A DNA stretch of 64,000 nt from a virus. Lineage: Duplodnaviria; Caudoviricetes. The stretch lies in IMG/VR virus record IMGVR_UViG_3300029705_000041, one strand, 5' to 3'. The notes below the pieces were generated by a model. That model had not been told where the DNA came from and did no database searches. It worked only from the letters and a program-made list of their open reading frames with translations. Shown one piece after another: positions 49,381 to 59,217 of this stretch; positions within the stretch are counted from its first letter, which is position 1; the number at the start of each line of letters is the position of its first letter. A program made the position numbers and the translations under genes.

Positions 49381-50589
49381 ATGACTTCTGATACTCATAC
49401 ATTTCCAAAAGGAAAAATGTTTTTCTTTGTATATCAAAATGATGTTTCTCCATTAAAAGTTTATAATGAGAATCCTGATGTAAAAGTATGCGAAGATAAA
49501 CTTATTATAAACAAATTAAAAAAAGGAGTTAAAGATATGCCATATTATTATAGTAACGAAATTGTATTCAGAGGGCATCCCGATAAGGTTTGTGACCAAA
49601 TAAGCGATGCTCTCCTTGATGAATTTTTAAAACAAGACAAAAATAGCAGATGTGGAATCGAAACTGTTGGTGGCAAAGGTAAAATCTTTATTACCGGAGA
49701 AGTTACATCCAATGCGGAAGTTAATGTAGAAAATGTTGTAAAATGTGTCCTTGAAGATATTGGATATAATACTGATTATGAGATTATCAATAATATCGGA
49801 CAGCAATCACCAGATATAGCACAAGGTGTAGATATTGGTGGAGCAGGAGACCAGGGAATGATGTTTGGATATGCTTGCCGAGATACTGAAAGATTTTTGC
49901 CGACAGCAATGGTTATTTTACAAGAGTTATCAAGAACTTATGATGCTCTTTGTAGAAAAGACAAAAGATTTTTACCGGATGGCAAAGCTCAAATTACCGG
50001 ATGTTATGATGATAATAGAAAATTATTATCTATTAAGGATTTTACGATTTCTTATCAGAACACAGAGGTTGAAAGAGAAAAAACCGATAGTATTTTAATT
50101 GAATATGCAACAAATATTTGCAAACGATTTGGCATTAATTTAATTGAAAGTTTCCATATCAATCCTACCGGAAAGTTTTTAATAGGCGGTTTTGATGGCG
50201 ATGCAGGATTAACAGGAAGAAAGATAGTAGTTGACAATTATCATTCATTCGCAAATGTAGGTGGCGGAGCTTTTTCGGGAAAAGACCCCACCAAGGTTGA
50301 CCGTTCAGCAGCATACAAAGCAAGACAACTTGCGATTGAATGTCTTACAGAACTGCCGGATGTTAATTGGTGTGAGATTCAGTTATCTTATGCTATTGGT
50401 ATGGAACTTCCACTCGGTGTATATGTAAGAACTGATAAAGGTGTTTTTGAAAGTAAATATTGGATTTACAATGAATGTACACCTGAAAGAATTATCGAAG
50501 ATTTGAAATTGAAAAATGTTACATATTATGAAACTGCAAAGTTTGGACATTTTGGAGATGAAAAATTTTCTTGGGAAAAGAAGGTGTAA
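49381..50589 (+). CDS. metK: S-adenosylmethionine synthetase (alternative start 49537)
   Basis: GHPDKVCDQISD, QSPDIAQGV, GAGDQG, DGKAQ, GLTGRKI, GGGAFSGKDPTKVDRS. Confidence 0.95.
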   Translation: MTSDTHTFPKGKMFFFVYQNDVSPLKVYNENPDVKVCEDKLIINKLKKGVKDMPYYYSNEIVFRGHPDKVCDQISDALLDEFLKQDKNSRCGIETVGGKGKIFITGEVTSNAEVNVENVVKCVLEDIGYNTDYEIINNIGQQSPDIAQGVDIGGAGDQGMMFGYACRDTERFLPTAMVILQELSRTYDALCRKDKRFLPDGKAQITGCYDDNRKLLSIKDFTISYQNTEVEREKTDSILIEYATNICKRFGINLIESFHINPTGKFLIGGFDGDAGLTGRKIVVDNYHSFANVGGGAFSGKDPTKVDRSAAYKARQLAIECLTELPDVNWCEIQLSYAIGMELPLGVYVRTDKGVFESKYWIYNECTPERIIEDLKLKNVTYYETAKFGHFGDEKFSWEKKV

Positions 50590-50808
50590 AATGATGGAAC
50601 AAAACTTTTACAAAGAAGCTTCCGAATTACAAGAAAAATATCAAGAGCTAATAGATAAAAGAAAATTAACTAAAAAAGCTATATGTGATTTATGTATTCC
50701 TTTTCGTGATAAGTATAATTTAACAGACTTGCAGACTTTAAGGATTGCAAGAAAAGAAATGGATTTATCGGAAATGGTAGTCCTTGTAAATAAAGGCGGT
50801 ACAGAATA

Positions 50809-51147
50809 ATGCCATATGTAGATACAGACTTATTAAAAGAGAATTTTATAAAAATGTTAAACGAATATGATGGTGTAACGGTGTCTCTTTCAAAAATTGC
50901 GGTAAGCATTGGTCAGGTTATTGCAAAAACTCCTGTCATGCAGGAAAAGTGGATAAATGTGAAAAATGAATTACCCAAAAATAATGAAAGAGTATTGGTA
51001 GCACTATCGCAAGATATAGCAATGACTTACACAAACATTGATACAGATAGAATAGAGAATGGTAAATGGGTAAGGTGGAATAAACGTGTAACACATTGGA
51101 TGCCTTTACCGGAATTGCCAGAAGAAAGTGAGGTGAGGGAAAGATGA
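50809..51147 (+). CDS. DUF551-like protein
   Basis: WINVKNELP...VTHWMPLPELP. Confidence 0.7.
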   Translation: MPYVDTDLLKENFIKMLNEYDGVTVSLSKIAVSIGQVIAKTPVMQEKWINVKNELPKNNERVLVALSQDIAMTYTNIDTDRIENGKWVRWNKRVTHWMPLPELPEESEVRER

Positions 51148-51416
51148 AAGTAGCAATTAATTTAAACACCATTACGGATATTGAAAAGTTTACAGCATTA
51201 GTACAAACCGTTAAATCAGATGTTCGTCTTACAGGCAAAGATGAAAACGGAAATGACTGGAATTTATCTGCGAAGTCTTTACTTTGTTCTATTGTAGTTT
51301 CGACAAAACTGCAAAAGGATAGAGAACATACGGCTCATGAAGTGGATTGGAATACTATCTATTGTGAGTGTGAAGAAGATATTTACAGTTTAATCCAAGA
51401 TTATGTTAAAGTTTAA
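51144..51416 (+). CDS. HPr-like protein lacking His15
   Basis: F...V....SDV.L...AKSLL resembles HPr Ser46 region. Confidence 0.5.
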   Translation: MKVAINLNTITDIEKFTALVQTVKSDVRLTGKDENGNDWNLSAKSLLCSIVVSTKLQKDREHTAHEVDWNTIYCECEEDIYSLIQDYVKV

Positions 51417-51568
51417 AAATAAGACAGAAAAACAATAAATAAAATGTTGTTTTTATTGTCTGACTAATAAAGTACCCTTATTTGAGGGTTAAATAAAGAA
51501 ATTTACGTTACTTATAAGGGAGTAAAAAGTTTTGTTAGCTTTTAAGCTCCCTAAATCGGAGGTTATTT

Positions 51569-52384
51569 ATGAGTGATAAAAACAACACTTCAATACAGCA
51601 TAGTTATGAGCTTGTTAATTTCTGCGAATTCGATAGATTTGCCGAACAAAGTTACTGCGCTGTACATGGAGTTGATAAAAACTTAAATCTTGGCGATATT
51701 ACAAAGGTTGACGAAACAAAATTAAAACCATTTAACATGATTTGTGGTGGCTCACCTTGCCAGGATTTCAGTGTTGCCGGAAAGCAAAAAGGAAGTGTTT
51801 GGATATGTCAAGATTGCCTAGATGACAATGGTATGCCCTTTGAGTACAATCCTTTAACTGTGCATTACACCAAAAGGAGTAAATGTCCTCATTGTGGCAG
51901 CGAAAATATAGACAAATCTAGAAGTTCATTACTTGTTGAATGGTTAAGAGTTATACAGGCTAATAAGCCAACATGGGGAATTTACGAAAATGTAAAAAAT
52001 ATCGTGGGAAAATCATTTGAAATGACATTTAAAATGTTTATAGATGAATTACACGAATATGGCTATAATACTTATTTTAAAGTTTTAAATGCTAAAGATT
52101 ATGGTATTCCTCAAAACAGAGAAAGAGTTTACTTAATTATTATTTTAAAAGAGTTTGATAATGGAAAATTTAAGTTTCCTGAAGGATTTGATAATGGAAT
52201 CAGATTAAAAGATATGCTTGAAGATGAGGTTGAAGAAAAATATTACATAAATACTCCTAAAGCACAAGAGTTAATAGATGATTTAATCAAGACCGGAAAA
52301 CTTGATAAGACAATCTCTAATACTGTTCGTGCAGGGGGGAGAGGTTCAGTAGACCGACATCAATGGGATATGGTTCAAGTTTAA
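51569..52384 (+). CDS. C5 DNA methyltransferase, N-part (motifs II-VIII, no motif I)
   Basis: FCEFD, GDITK, GGSPCQDFS, YENV, PQNRER; Zn-ribbon insertion. Confidence 0.85.
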   Translation: MSDKNNTSIQHSYELVNFCEFDRFAEQSYCAVHGVDKNLNLGDITKVDETKLKPFNMICGGSPCQDFSVAGKQKGSVWICQDCLDDNGMPFEYNPLTVHYTKRSKCPHCGSENIDKSRSSLLVEWLRVIQANKPTWGIYENVKNIVGKSFEMTFKMFIDELHEYGYNTYFKVLNAKDYGIPQNRERVYLIIILKEFDNGKFKFPEGFDNGIRLKDMLEDEVEEKYYINTPKAQELIDDLIKTGKLDKTISNTVRAGGRGSVDRHQWDMVQV

Positions 52385-52641
52385 TTAACACAGCTTTATT
52401 TTCTAAACAGTGCAGCAAATTCGATAAAGAAATTAATGTGGCTAATACATTACTCGCAAGAGATTATAAAGGTTTTGGAAATCAAAGTATGAACGGTGTA
52501 ATCCAATATCACAAAAAGATGGAGTAGCTTAATGAATAAATTAATTCAAATAGGAAACATGAGAACTGATTCTGAAAATTTTAAAAATCCTCAAACTGGC
52601 AGAGTATATTCTATCCAAGGTCTTGCACCTACATTGAATAC

Positions 52642-53127
52642 TTGTCAGGGGGAGACAGACAACCAAAAATAATAGTTAAGGTGGATAAAAAAATGAAAAT
52701 GATATGTGAAAGAAGAATGGATGAGGGATTGCGTACATTTAAAAATGATGTTGTAGGCACCATCAGAACCATAGATTCGGGGGGAGACAAAAGAGTGATT
52801 GAAAACAAAAAAGATGATAGTGGTTATCGTATAAGAAAATTGACTCCACTTGAATGTTGGAGATTAATGGGATTTTCTGATGAAGATTTTTATAAGGCTA
52901 AAGCTGCTGGAGTTAGTAATTCGCAATTATATAAACAAGCCGGTAATTCAATTGTTGTCGATGTACTTTATTACATATTTAAAGAATTGTATGATGCAAT
53001 GCCATATTTATTTGACGATTTAAAAGTTGGGAGTTATTTTTCTGGAATTGGAGCTTTTGAGAAAGGTCTTGACAGATTATATGAGGGTATTAATTCCGGA
53101 AATTTTATCAAACCGCAAGTAATATAA
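52642..53127 (+). CDS. C5 DNA methyltransferase, C-part (TRD, motifs IX-X, then motif I)
   Basis: RKLTPLECWRLMGF, QAGNSI, then SYFSGIGAFEKGL. Confidence 0.85.
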   Translation: MSGGDRQPKIIVKVDKKMKMICERRMDEGLRTFKNDVVGTIRTIDSGGDKRVIENKKDDSGYRIRKLTPLECWRLMGFSDEDFYKAKAAGVSNSQLYKQAGNSIVVDVLYYIFKELYDAMPYLFDDLKVGSYFSGIGAFEKGLDRLYEGINSGNFIKPQVI

Positions 53128-53243
53128 CGAATACTTGCGGGGGAGAAAAATCATAATTTATGATGATTATAATTCCAATATCAGAAAAGAACAAAATACT
53201 ATGGGTACTTTAACTACCAACATAGGTCATAGTTCTTTGAGGA

Positions 53244-53658
53244 ATGCTTATAAAATCATCGAAACTAAAAGTAATAATGAATAAAAATAACAATCTTAAT
53301 AATACTAAACCAGTTCTCGTAGGGGGACTTGGGAAAATCAACTTTGGAAAACAATATCGTCAAGGAAATAGAGTATATGATTCCAGAGAAATAGCAATGT
53401 GTTTAACGGCACAGCCTTTAGGTAATGCTGGTGGTTACAGTTATTTATATGTTGTTAAAGCAAGATAACTATAGCTATGTTGCAGTTTTAAAATATCAAA
53501 GAACAGAATATGGAAAGCAAATCCGAAAGGCTTATGAATCTGGAATGATAAAAGAAAAGAGATGCAATATGCGAGAGGTAGTACCTCGGACAGATGGTAT
53601 TTCAAATACATTAACAACAGTATTAAAGGATAATTATGTAATTGAAAAACGGAGATAA
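53244..53658 (+). CDS. two short ORFs resembling stand-alone MTase target-recognition domains
   Basis: QGNRVYDSREIAMCLTAQ and DGISNTLTTVLKDN TRD-like motifs. Confidence 0.55.
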
Positions 53659-54183
53659 ATGAAAATGGAAAATATACGAAAAGATTTAATTGATAAAGAG
53701 TTGAAAAGAGGTAATAAATCTTCACAATTTCATTATCAAAAATTGTCTAATAAATTTTTGGATTGGCTATTCAGACATTATTATACTCTTGAATTAACTG
53801 AACATTTTTATGATAGTGAACCGGATATACCGGTTGAATGGCAAGAGAGAAATGAAACTGGATATATTTGGGATGACAAAGAGTTTAGAAAACTTTGGCG
53901 AAAATTATGCGAAGAACATGAAGAAAAAAGAATTCAATTTTGTAATTGGATAGAAGTATTTGGCAGAGGTATTTGGTTTATGAGCCAAAAAACTGTAGAT
54001 AAGATTTCTAAAGATTATTTAAAAAGAATTCGTTCAGTTCCAATAAAGCGTAGAAAAGAAAGAATTTATTTGGCACAGGAAAAAGATTACATTTTCATTT
54101 ATTGGTATTGCAGAGACATTGAAAAGATAGACATTTGGTGGATTATGAAAAAGAAAACAAGTGAAAGAAGGAGAAAAGAATGA
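53659..54183 (+). CDS. hypothetical protein
   Basis: 174-aa ORF. Confidence 0.55.
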   Translation: MKMENIRKDLIDKELKRGNKSSQFHYQKLSNKFLDWLFRHYYTLELTEHFYDSEPDIPVEWQERNETGYIWDDKEFRKLWRKLCEEHEEKRIQFCNWIEVFGRGIWFMSQKTVDKISKDYLKRIRSVPIKRRKERIYLAQEKDYIFIYWYCRDIEKIDIWWIMKKKTSERRRKE

Positions 54184-54407
54184 GAGACACAAAGACTTCA
54201 AAAACTAAAAAAGTGCTACAGCATTTACAAAAGTATGGTTCTATCACAAGTTGGGAAGCCATCAATAAATATGGTGCAACAAGATTAAGTGCTATAATTT
54301 TTAATCTTCGTAAAAAGCATCGCATTGAAAGTGTAAGTCAGATTTTTACTGACCGATATAAAAATCAGTCTACTTTTGCAAAATACATATATTGTGGAGA
54401 AAGATAA
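54180..54407 (+). CDS. winged-HTH protein
   Basis: VLQHL..GSIT.WEA...RLSAIIF.LR. Confidence 0.7.
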   Translation: MRDTKTSKTKKVLQHLQKYGSITSWEAINKYGATRLSAIIFNLRKKHRIESVSQIFTDRYKNQSTFAKYIYCGER

Positions 54408-54428
54408 ATAAATAGGAGGAATTTAACT

Positions 54429-54974
54429 ATGAAATGGAAATTGACACTAATTATCGTATGCATTGTAATTGCCGTTGTTTTGGCTTTTATATTTGGGTTC
54501 CAGGGAGTTCAAAATAAGGCAATATCATTTGAAGAACAGATAAGTACAGCACATTCAGAAATAAAAGTACAAGAAAAGCGCAGAGCTGATTTATTACCTA
54601 ATTTGGTTGATTGTGTAAAAGCTTATGATGAACATGAATATCAAACTTTGATGGATGTTATTAACGCAAGAGGCACAATATCAGATGCATCTGTTAATGA
54701 AATCCAAACAATGATAAATGCAGTTGCAGAAGCTTATCCGGATTTAAAAAGTAGCGATAATTATAAAGAGTTAATGAATGAACTTGCAACCACAGAAAAT
54801 TTAATTGCAAATTACAGAAGCAACTACAATAGTTGGGTTAAAAAATATAATCAACATATACGTAAGTTTCCTAATAAACAGATTTTGGGTTGTTTAGGAT
54901 ATGAAGATGCAAATTATACATACTTAGATTATAATGTATCATCTGATGCACCAACAAATTTATTTGATAAATAA
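54429..54974 (+). CDS. lemA: LemA family protein
   Basis: N-terminal TM; RRADLLPNLV, EAYPDLK, EN.IA..R.YN, FP. Confidence 0.9.
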   Translation: MKWKLTLIIVCIVIAVVLAFIFGFQGVQNKAISFEEQISTAHSEIKVQEKRRADLLPNLVDCVKAYDEHEYQTLMDVINARGTISDASVNEIQTMINAVAEAYPDLKSSDNYKELMNELATTENLIANYRSNYNSWVKKYNQHIRKFPNKQILGCLGYEDANYTYLDYNVSSDAPTNLFDK

Positions 54975-55716
54975 AGGTGCTGCTATGGAAATAACAAAAA
55001 GAGAAGTTTTATTTAGTATCATCATTATTAGTATAATGCTTTTATTTGGTTTTGTTATATCGGATAATATTAATGATTCTTTAATGAACGAACAGCAAAA
55101 ATATAATACAGCATTGCAAGTTAATGAAGATAAAGATTTATTTCAATACGGTATGCGTACTAATGTCGGAAATGCTTTTGTATATGGACATTTAAAAGCT
55201 TTAGACACAGTATCATATGAAGAATTATCGGATGATTATTCATATGTAAAAAAAGTAAAAGAGCGATATACTAGGCATACACGTACAGTAACAAAAACCA
55301 AAACAGTCAATGGTAAAACAAAAACATATACAGATACAGAGGTCTACTGGACTTGGGATGAGATAGATAGTTGGTCAAAAAAGTCAAAAAAAATATCTTT
55401 TCTTGATGTAGAATTTGAATATGAATCTATTCCATTTCCTGCAAGTAGTTACATTACAACGATAAGAGAATCATCTCGCATTAGGTATGTTTATTACGGA
55501 ACAGGTAAAGAGTTTAAAGGGACATTATATACACAGTTAAAAAACAACACCATAAATGAAACAAAATTTTATCTAGACAAAACAATAGAAGAAACTTTAG
55601 ATTATCTTAAATCAAATGTTAAACTTGTTTTATTCTGGACAATATGGATTATATTAATCATAGCCGCAGTTGTTATATTTTATTATATTGACAACAGATG
55701 GCTTGAAGATAAATAA
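54934..55716 (+). CDS. membrane protein partnering LemA
   Basis: N- and C-terminal TM segments. Confidence 0.65.
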   Translation: MYHLMHQQIYLINKGAAMEITKREVLFSIIIISIMLLFGFVISDNINDSLMNEQQKYNTALQVNEDKDLFQYGMRTNVGNAFVYGHLKALDTVSYEELSDDYSYVKKVKERYTRHTRTVTKTKTVNGKTKTYTDTEVYWTWDEIDSWSKKSKKISFLDVEFEYESIPFPASSYITTIRESSRIRYVYYGTGKEFKGTLYTQLKNNTINETKFYLDKTIEETLDYLKSNVKLVLFWTIWIILIIAAVVIFYYIDNRWLEDK

Positions 55717-55736
55717 TAAGAAAGAGGTAAAGTATT

Positions 55737-56348
55737 ATGAATGAAATGTTTAATGGAATGTTTGGCAAAGTGGCTAACGGTATGTGCCGTTTGTCTATGA
55801 ATGGTGGAATTGCAGTAAAAACTACAAACGGTTATAAAACTTATGATTTGAAAAAGAATAGACTGACAAATTGTAATAATTTTGTATTCAATATTGGAGA
55901 GGAATTCTTTTTCGTAATTCCTACAAATAAAGTTGAACCTGGCGATATTATTATAGTTTCCGGAAAACCAAAATGTGTAATTTCAAGTGATAAGTCAACA
56001 ATTACAGTAATTAATTATGAAGATTCTGTTGTAGAAAATATCCTTCCGGAACGTCATGTGTTTATGGGAAATACATATTTTTATGGCAAAATCGTGTCAA
56101 TGTTTGGTTCTAATTTCATGAAAGGCAAAAAAGGTATGAGTAAAATGATGTCATATATGATGATGTCTGAAATGATGAAAGGTTCCGGAACTCATAATGA
56201 TAACTCTAACAATATGTTTGCAAATATGGCTATGATGTCAATGTTTGGTGGAAATGGTTTCTCTGATATGTTTGATGGCGTTTTTGAATTTGCAGAAAAC
56301 GAAGATGAAACCAATGACGAAGAAAATGTAGATAATACGGAGGAATAA
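55737..56348 (+). CDS. hypothetical protein with Met-rich C-terminus
   Basis: MMSYMMMSEMM tract; first gene of vWA-PurA trio. Confidence 0.7.
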   Translation: MNEMFNGMFGKVANGMCRLSMNGGIAVKTTNGYKTYDLKKNRLTNCNNFVFNIGEEFFFVIPTNKVEPGDIIIVSGKPKCVISSDKSTITVINYEDSVVENILPERHVFMGNTYFYGKIVSMFGSNFMKGKKGMSKMMSYMMMSEMMKGSGTHNDNSNNMFANMAMMSMFGGNGFSDMFDGVFEFAENEDETNDEENVDNTEE

Positions 56349-56352
56349 GATT

Positions 56353-57213
56353 ATGGGATATGGTTCGTGGTCAAGTAAAGATTTTACAGAGTATTCAACC
56401 TCTGTTCGTGGCAGAAGTGTTACAAAAGACGGTACATTGTGTTCGTCTTATAGTGTTCAAGATTTGTTTACTTCAAAATATATTCAGCCAGAGTTGAATC
56501 CTCATAATGTTATTCGTGAATGCTGTGATTCTACAGACCATCCAAATACAATTCCGGTTATTTTGGCTTTGGATGTTACTGGAAGTATGGGAAGTGCCGC
56601 AGCGGAAGTAGCAAAGAAATTGAATACAGTCATGACTAAGTTGTATAAGAAAGTTGCCGACATTGAATTTATGGTTATGGGAATCGGCGATTTAGCATAT
56701 GATAGCGCTCCGATTCAGGCATCACAGTTTGAGGCTGATATAAGAATTGCAGAACAGCTTGACAAGATTTACTTTGAAGCTGGTGGCGGCGGCAATAATT
56801 ACGAATCTTATACGGCTGCATGGTACTTTGGATTACGCCATACAAAGCTTGATTGTTGGGAAAGAGGTAAAAAGGGAATTATAATCACAATGGGTGATGA
56901 GCCTTTAAATCCATATCTTCCCAAAAATCCTTTGAGTGCAGTTACCGGAGATTCTTTGCAGGGCGATGTAGAAACAGAAAGTTTATATAAAGCTGCTTCG
57001 GATAAATTTGATATTTACCATTTAGCAGTAAATGATAGTGCAACAAGTTATCGTTGGTATGATAAGAGCATTAAAGATAGTTTTGGAAAATATTTAGACG
57101 AAAATCATCTTATTACAGTTTGTCTTGATAATATAGCAAATACTATTGTAAATATTGTATGTAAAGCAAAAGATGAAGCAGTGGTAAGTACAAATACAGA
57201 AATTTCTTGGTGA
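56353..57213 (+). CDS. vWA domain protein
   Basis: LDVTGSMG MIDAS, GGGGN..ESY, GDEP. Confidence 0.85.
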   Translation: MGYGSWSSKDFTEYSTSVRGRSVTKDGTLCSSYSVQDLFTSKYIQPELNPHNVIRECCDSTDHPNTIPVILALDVTGSMGSAAAEVAKKLNTVMTKLYKKVADIEFMVMGIGDLAYDSAPIQASQFEADIRIAEQLDKIYFEAGGGGNNYESYTAAWYFGLRHTKLDCWERGKKGIIITMGDEPLNPYLPKNPLSAVTGDSLQGDVETESLYKAASDKFDIYHLAVNDSATSYRWYDKSIKDSFGKYLDENHLITVCLDNIANTIVNIVCKAKDEAVVSTNTEISW

Positions 57214-57219
57214 TGAATT

Positions 57220-58425
57220 ATGAATAAAGTTGATATTAAAATTGTTATAGGTAGTAATTATGGAGATGAAGGAAAGGGTCTAGCCACTCATTATTTTTCT
57301 CAAAATGCTAAAAGAGAATGTAAAAAATGCTTAAACGTAATGTTTAACGGTGGTTGTCAAAGAGGGCATACTGTTGAATTAAAGAATAACACAAGACACG
57401 TTTTCCATCATTTTGGTTCAGGAACTTATGATTCTGCTCATACATATTTTGATAGTAACTTTATGGTGAATCCGATATTTTTTATAAAAGAATATGTAGA
57501 ACTTTACAATTCGGGAATAAATCCAACTTGTTTTATATCTCCGGATTGTAGAGTTTCTACACCATATGATATGCTTATAAACCAGGTTGTTGAGAGAGAA
57601 AGAAATAAAAACAAACATGGTTCTTGTGGATTTGGCATATATGAAACACAGCAGAGATATAAAAATAGTAAATATAATTTAACATTTTCTCAAATGGTTA
57701 ATTGCACAAATGAAGAATTAAAAACATATTTAACCAATATCGCAAATGATTATGTATATAAAAGAATTAAAGAATATAACATAAAGTGTGTTTCAAATGA
57801 AATTAAGCTTATATTAAATTCTGAAATATTAATAACAAACTTTATTAATGATTTCAGAGAAATGGTTTCTATTGTTCATCAGAAGCAATTTGAAGAATTA
57901 ATGCATAGTTATAATGTTATTATTTTTGAAGGTGCGCAAGGTTTAGAGTTAGATGAGGATAATATTAAAGGATTACCACATTTAACACCTAGCAAAACTA
58001 CTTCGCAGCTACCTTTAAAAAGAGTTCAGAATTTACAAAATAAAAACATTGAAGTGTGTTATATTACAAGGTCATATTTCACGAGACATGGTGCCGGTAA
58101 ATTTCCTACAGAATGCAATAAAAGTTGTATTAATAATTGCATTGAAGATATAACAAATGTAAACAATGAATTCCAAGAATCTATACGATATGGATTGTTT
58201 GACAAAATAGAATTTGCAAACAGAATTACCACTGATACAAGTATATCAAAACAAATATATACGGACTATACAACATCAGTATTTGTTACGCATCTTAATT
58301 ACACTAATGGAGATTTAGCAGGAAATTGTACTTTGAATGATATAATAAATATGTTCGATAAAGCATATCTTTCTGATTCTAAATATTCGGAAGATGTGAA
58401 AATGGAGGAAAACAAATGGCGATAA
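57220..58425 (+). CDS. adenylosuccinate synthetase-like protein
   Basis: GSNYGDEGKG, GHT, HGSCG.GI, FEGAQG..LD, TRHG.G. Confidence 0.85.
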   Translation: MNKVDIKIVIGSNYGDEGKGLATHYFSQNAKRECKKCLNVMFNGGCQRGHTVELKNNTRHVFHHFGSGTYDSAHTYFDSNFMVNPIFFIKEYVELYNSGINPTCFISPDCRVSTPYDMLINQVVERERNKNKHGSCGFGIYETQQRYKNSKYNLTFSQMVNCTNEELKTYLTNIANDYVYKRIKEYNIKCVSNEIKLILNSEILITNFINDFREMVSIVHQKQFEELMHSYNVIIFEGAQGLELDEDNIKGLPHLTPSKTTSQLPLKRVQNLQNKNIEVCYITRSYFTRHGAGKFPTECNKSCINNCIEDITNVNNEFQESIRYGLFDKIEFANRITTDTSISKQIYTDYTTSVFVTHLNYTNGDLAGNCTLNDIINMFDKAYLSDSKYSEDVKMEENKWR

Positions 58426-59195
58426 TAGGTTCGATAATAGGTGATATTATCGGTTCTCAATATGAATTCAAATTACCAGACAATTTTAATCCGAAAAATG
58501 CAGAACTTTTTTCTGATAAATGTAGATTTACCGATGACACTGTAATGAGTTTAGCTACAAAATATGCAATTATTAATAATAAATCATTTGCAGAATCATA
58601 TCAATTGTTTGGACGTAAATATGAAGAAGTAGGATATGGTGGATTTTTCAGAGCTTGGATTTTTGAAGATAATCCACTTCCATACGGAAGTTTTGGAAAT
58701 GGTTCAGCTATGAGAGTTTCTTATGTTGCAGACCATTTTAAAAGCCAAAAAGCTGTTATTGAATACGCACGAAAATCAGCAGAATGCACACATAATCATG
58801 CTGAAGGTATAAAAGGTGCAGTAGCAACCGCAATGTGTATATGGATGGCTAAAAAAGGATATACAAAAGCTGATATATATGATTATGCTATAAAGCAATA
58901 TCCGGCAACTGATTATATGTACAGTCCTGAATATAGTATTGATTCCATCAAAGAAAAATACAAATGGAGTGATACTTGTCAAGATAGTGTTCCTGTAGCG
59001 ATAAGATGTGTCCTTGAAGCAGATAATTATATTGAATTTATAAGAAATGTATTTAAACTAAAATGTGATATGGACACGATATGTGCTATCGGCGGAGGAA
59101 TAGCAGAGGAACTGTTTGGTACAACAGGACTTGATAATGATGCTGTTTTAAAACAATATTTAACAGAAGATTTATATAAACTTTGTATGAATTAA
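58416..59195 (+). CDS. ADP-ribosylglycohydrolase
   Basis: GDIIGS.YEF, FTDDT, GNGSAMR, TH, DMDT.AI.GGIA. Confidence 0.9.
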   Translation: MAIIGSIIGDIIGSQYEFKLPDNFNPKNAELFSDKCRFTDDTVMSLATKYAIINNKSFAESYQLFGRKYEEVGYGGFFRAWIFEDNPLPYGSFGNGSAMRVSYVADHFKSQKAVIEYARKSAECTHNHAEGIKGAVATAMCIWMAKKGYTKADIYDYAIKQYPATDYMYSPEYSIDSIKEKYKWSDTCQDSVPVAIRCVLEADNYIEFIRNVFKLKCDMDTICAIGGGIAEELFGTTGLDNDAVLKQYLTEDLYKLCMN

Positions 59196-59217
59196 AGTAA
59201 CCAGAAAGGAATATATA

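Noticed and set aside
57220-58425. PurZ (Z-genome)
   Set aside because: It has PurA-type GDEGKG (Asp) rather than the PurZ Ser variant, and no datZ/mazZ is recognisable in the window.
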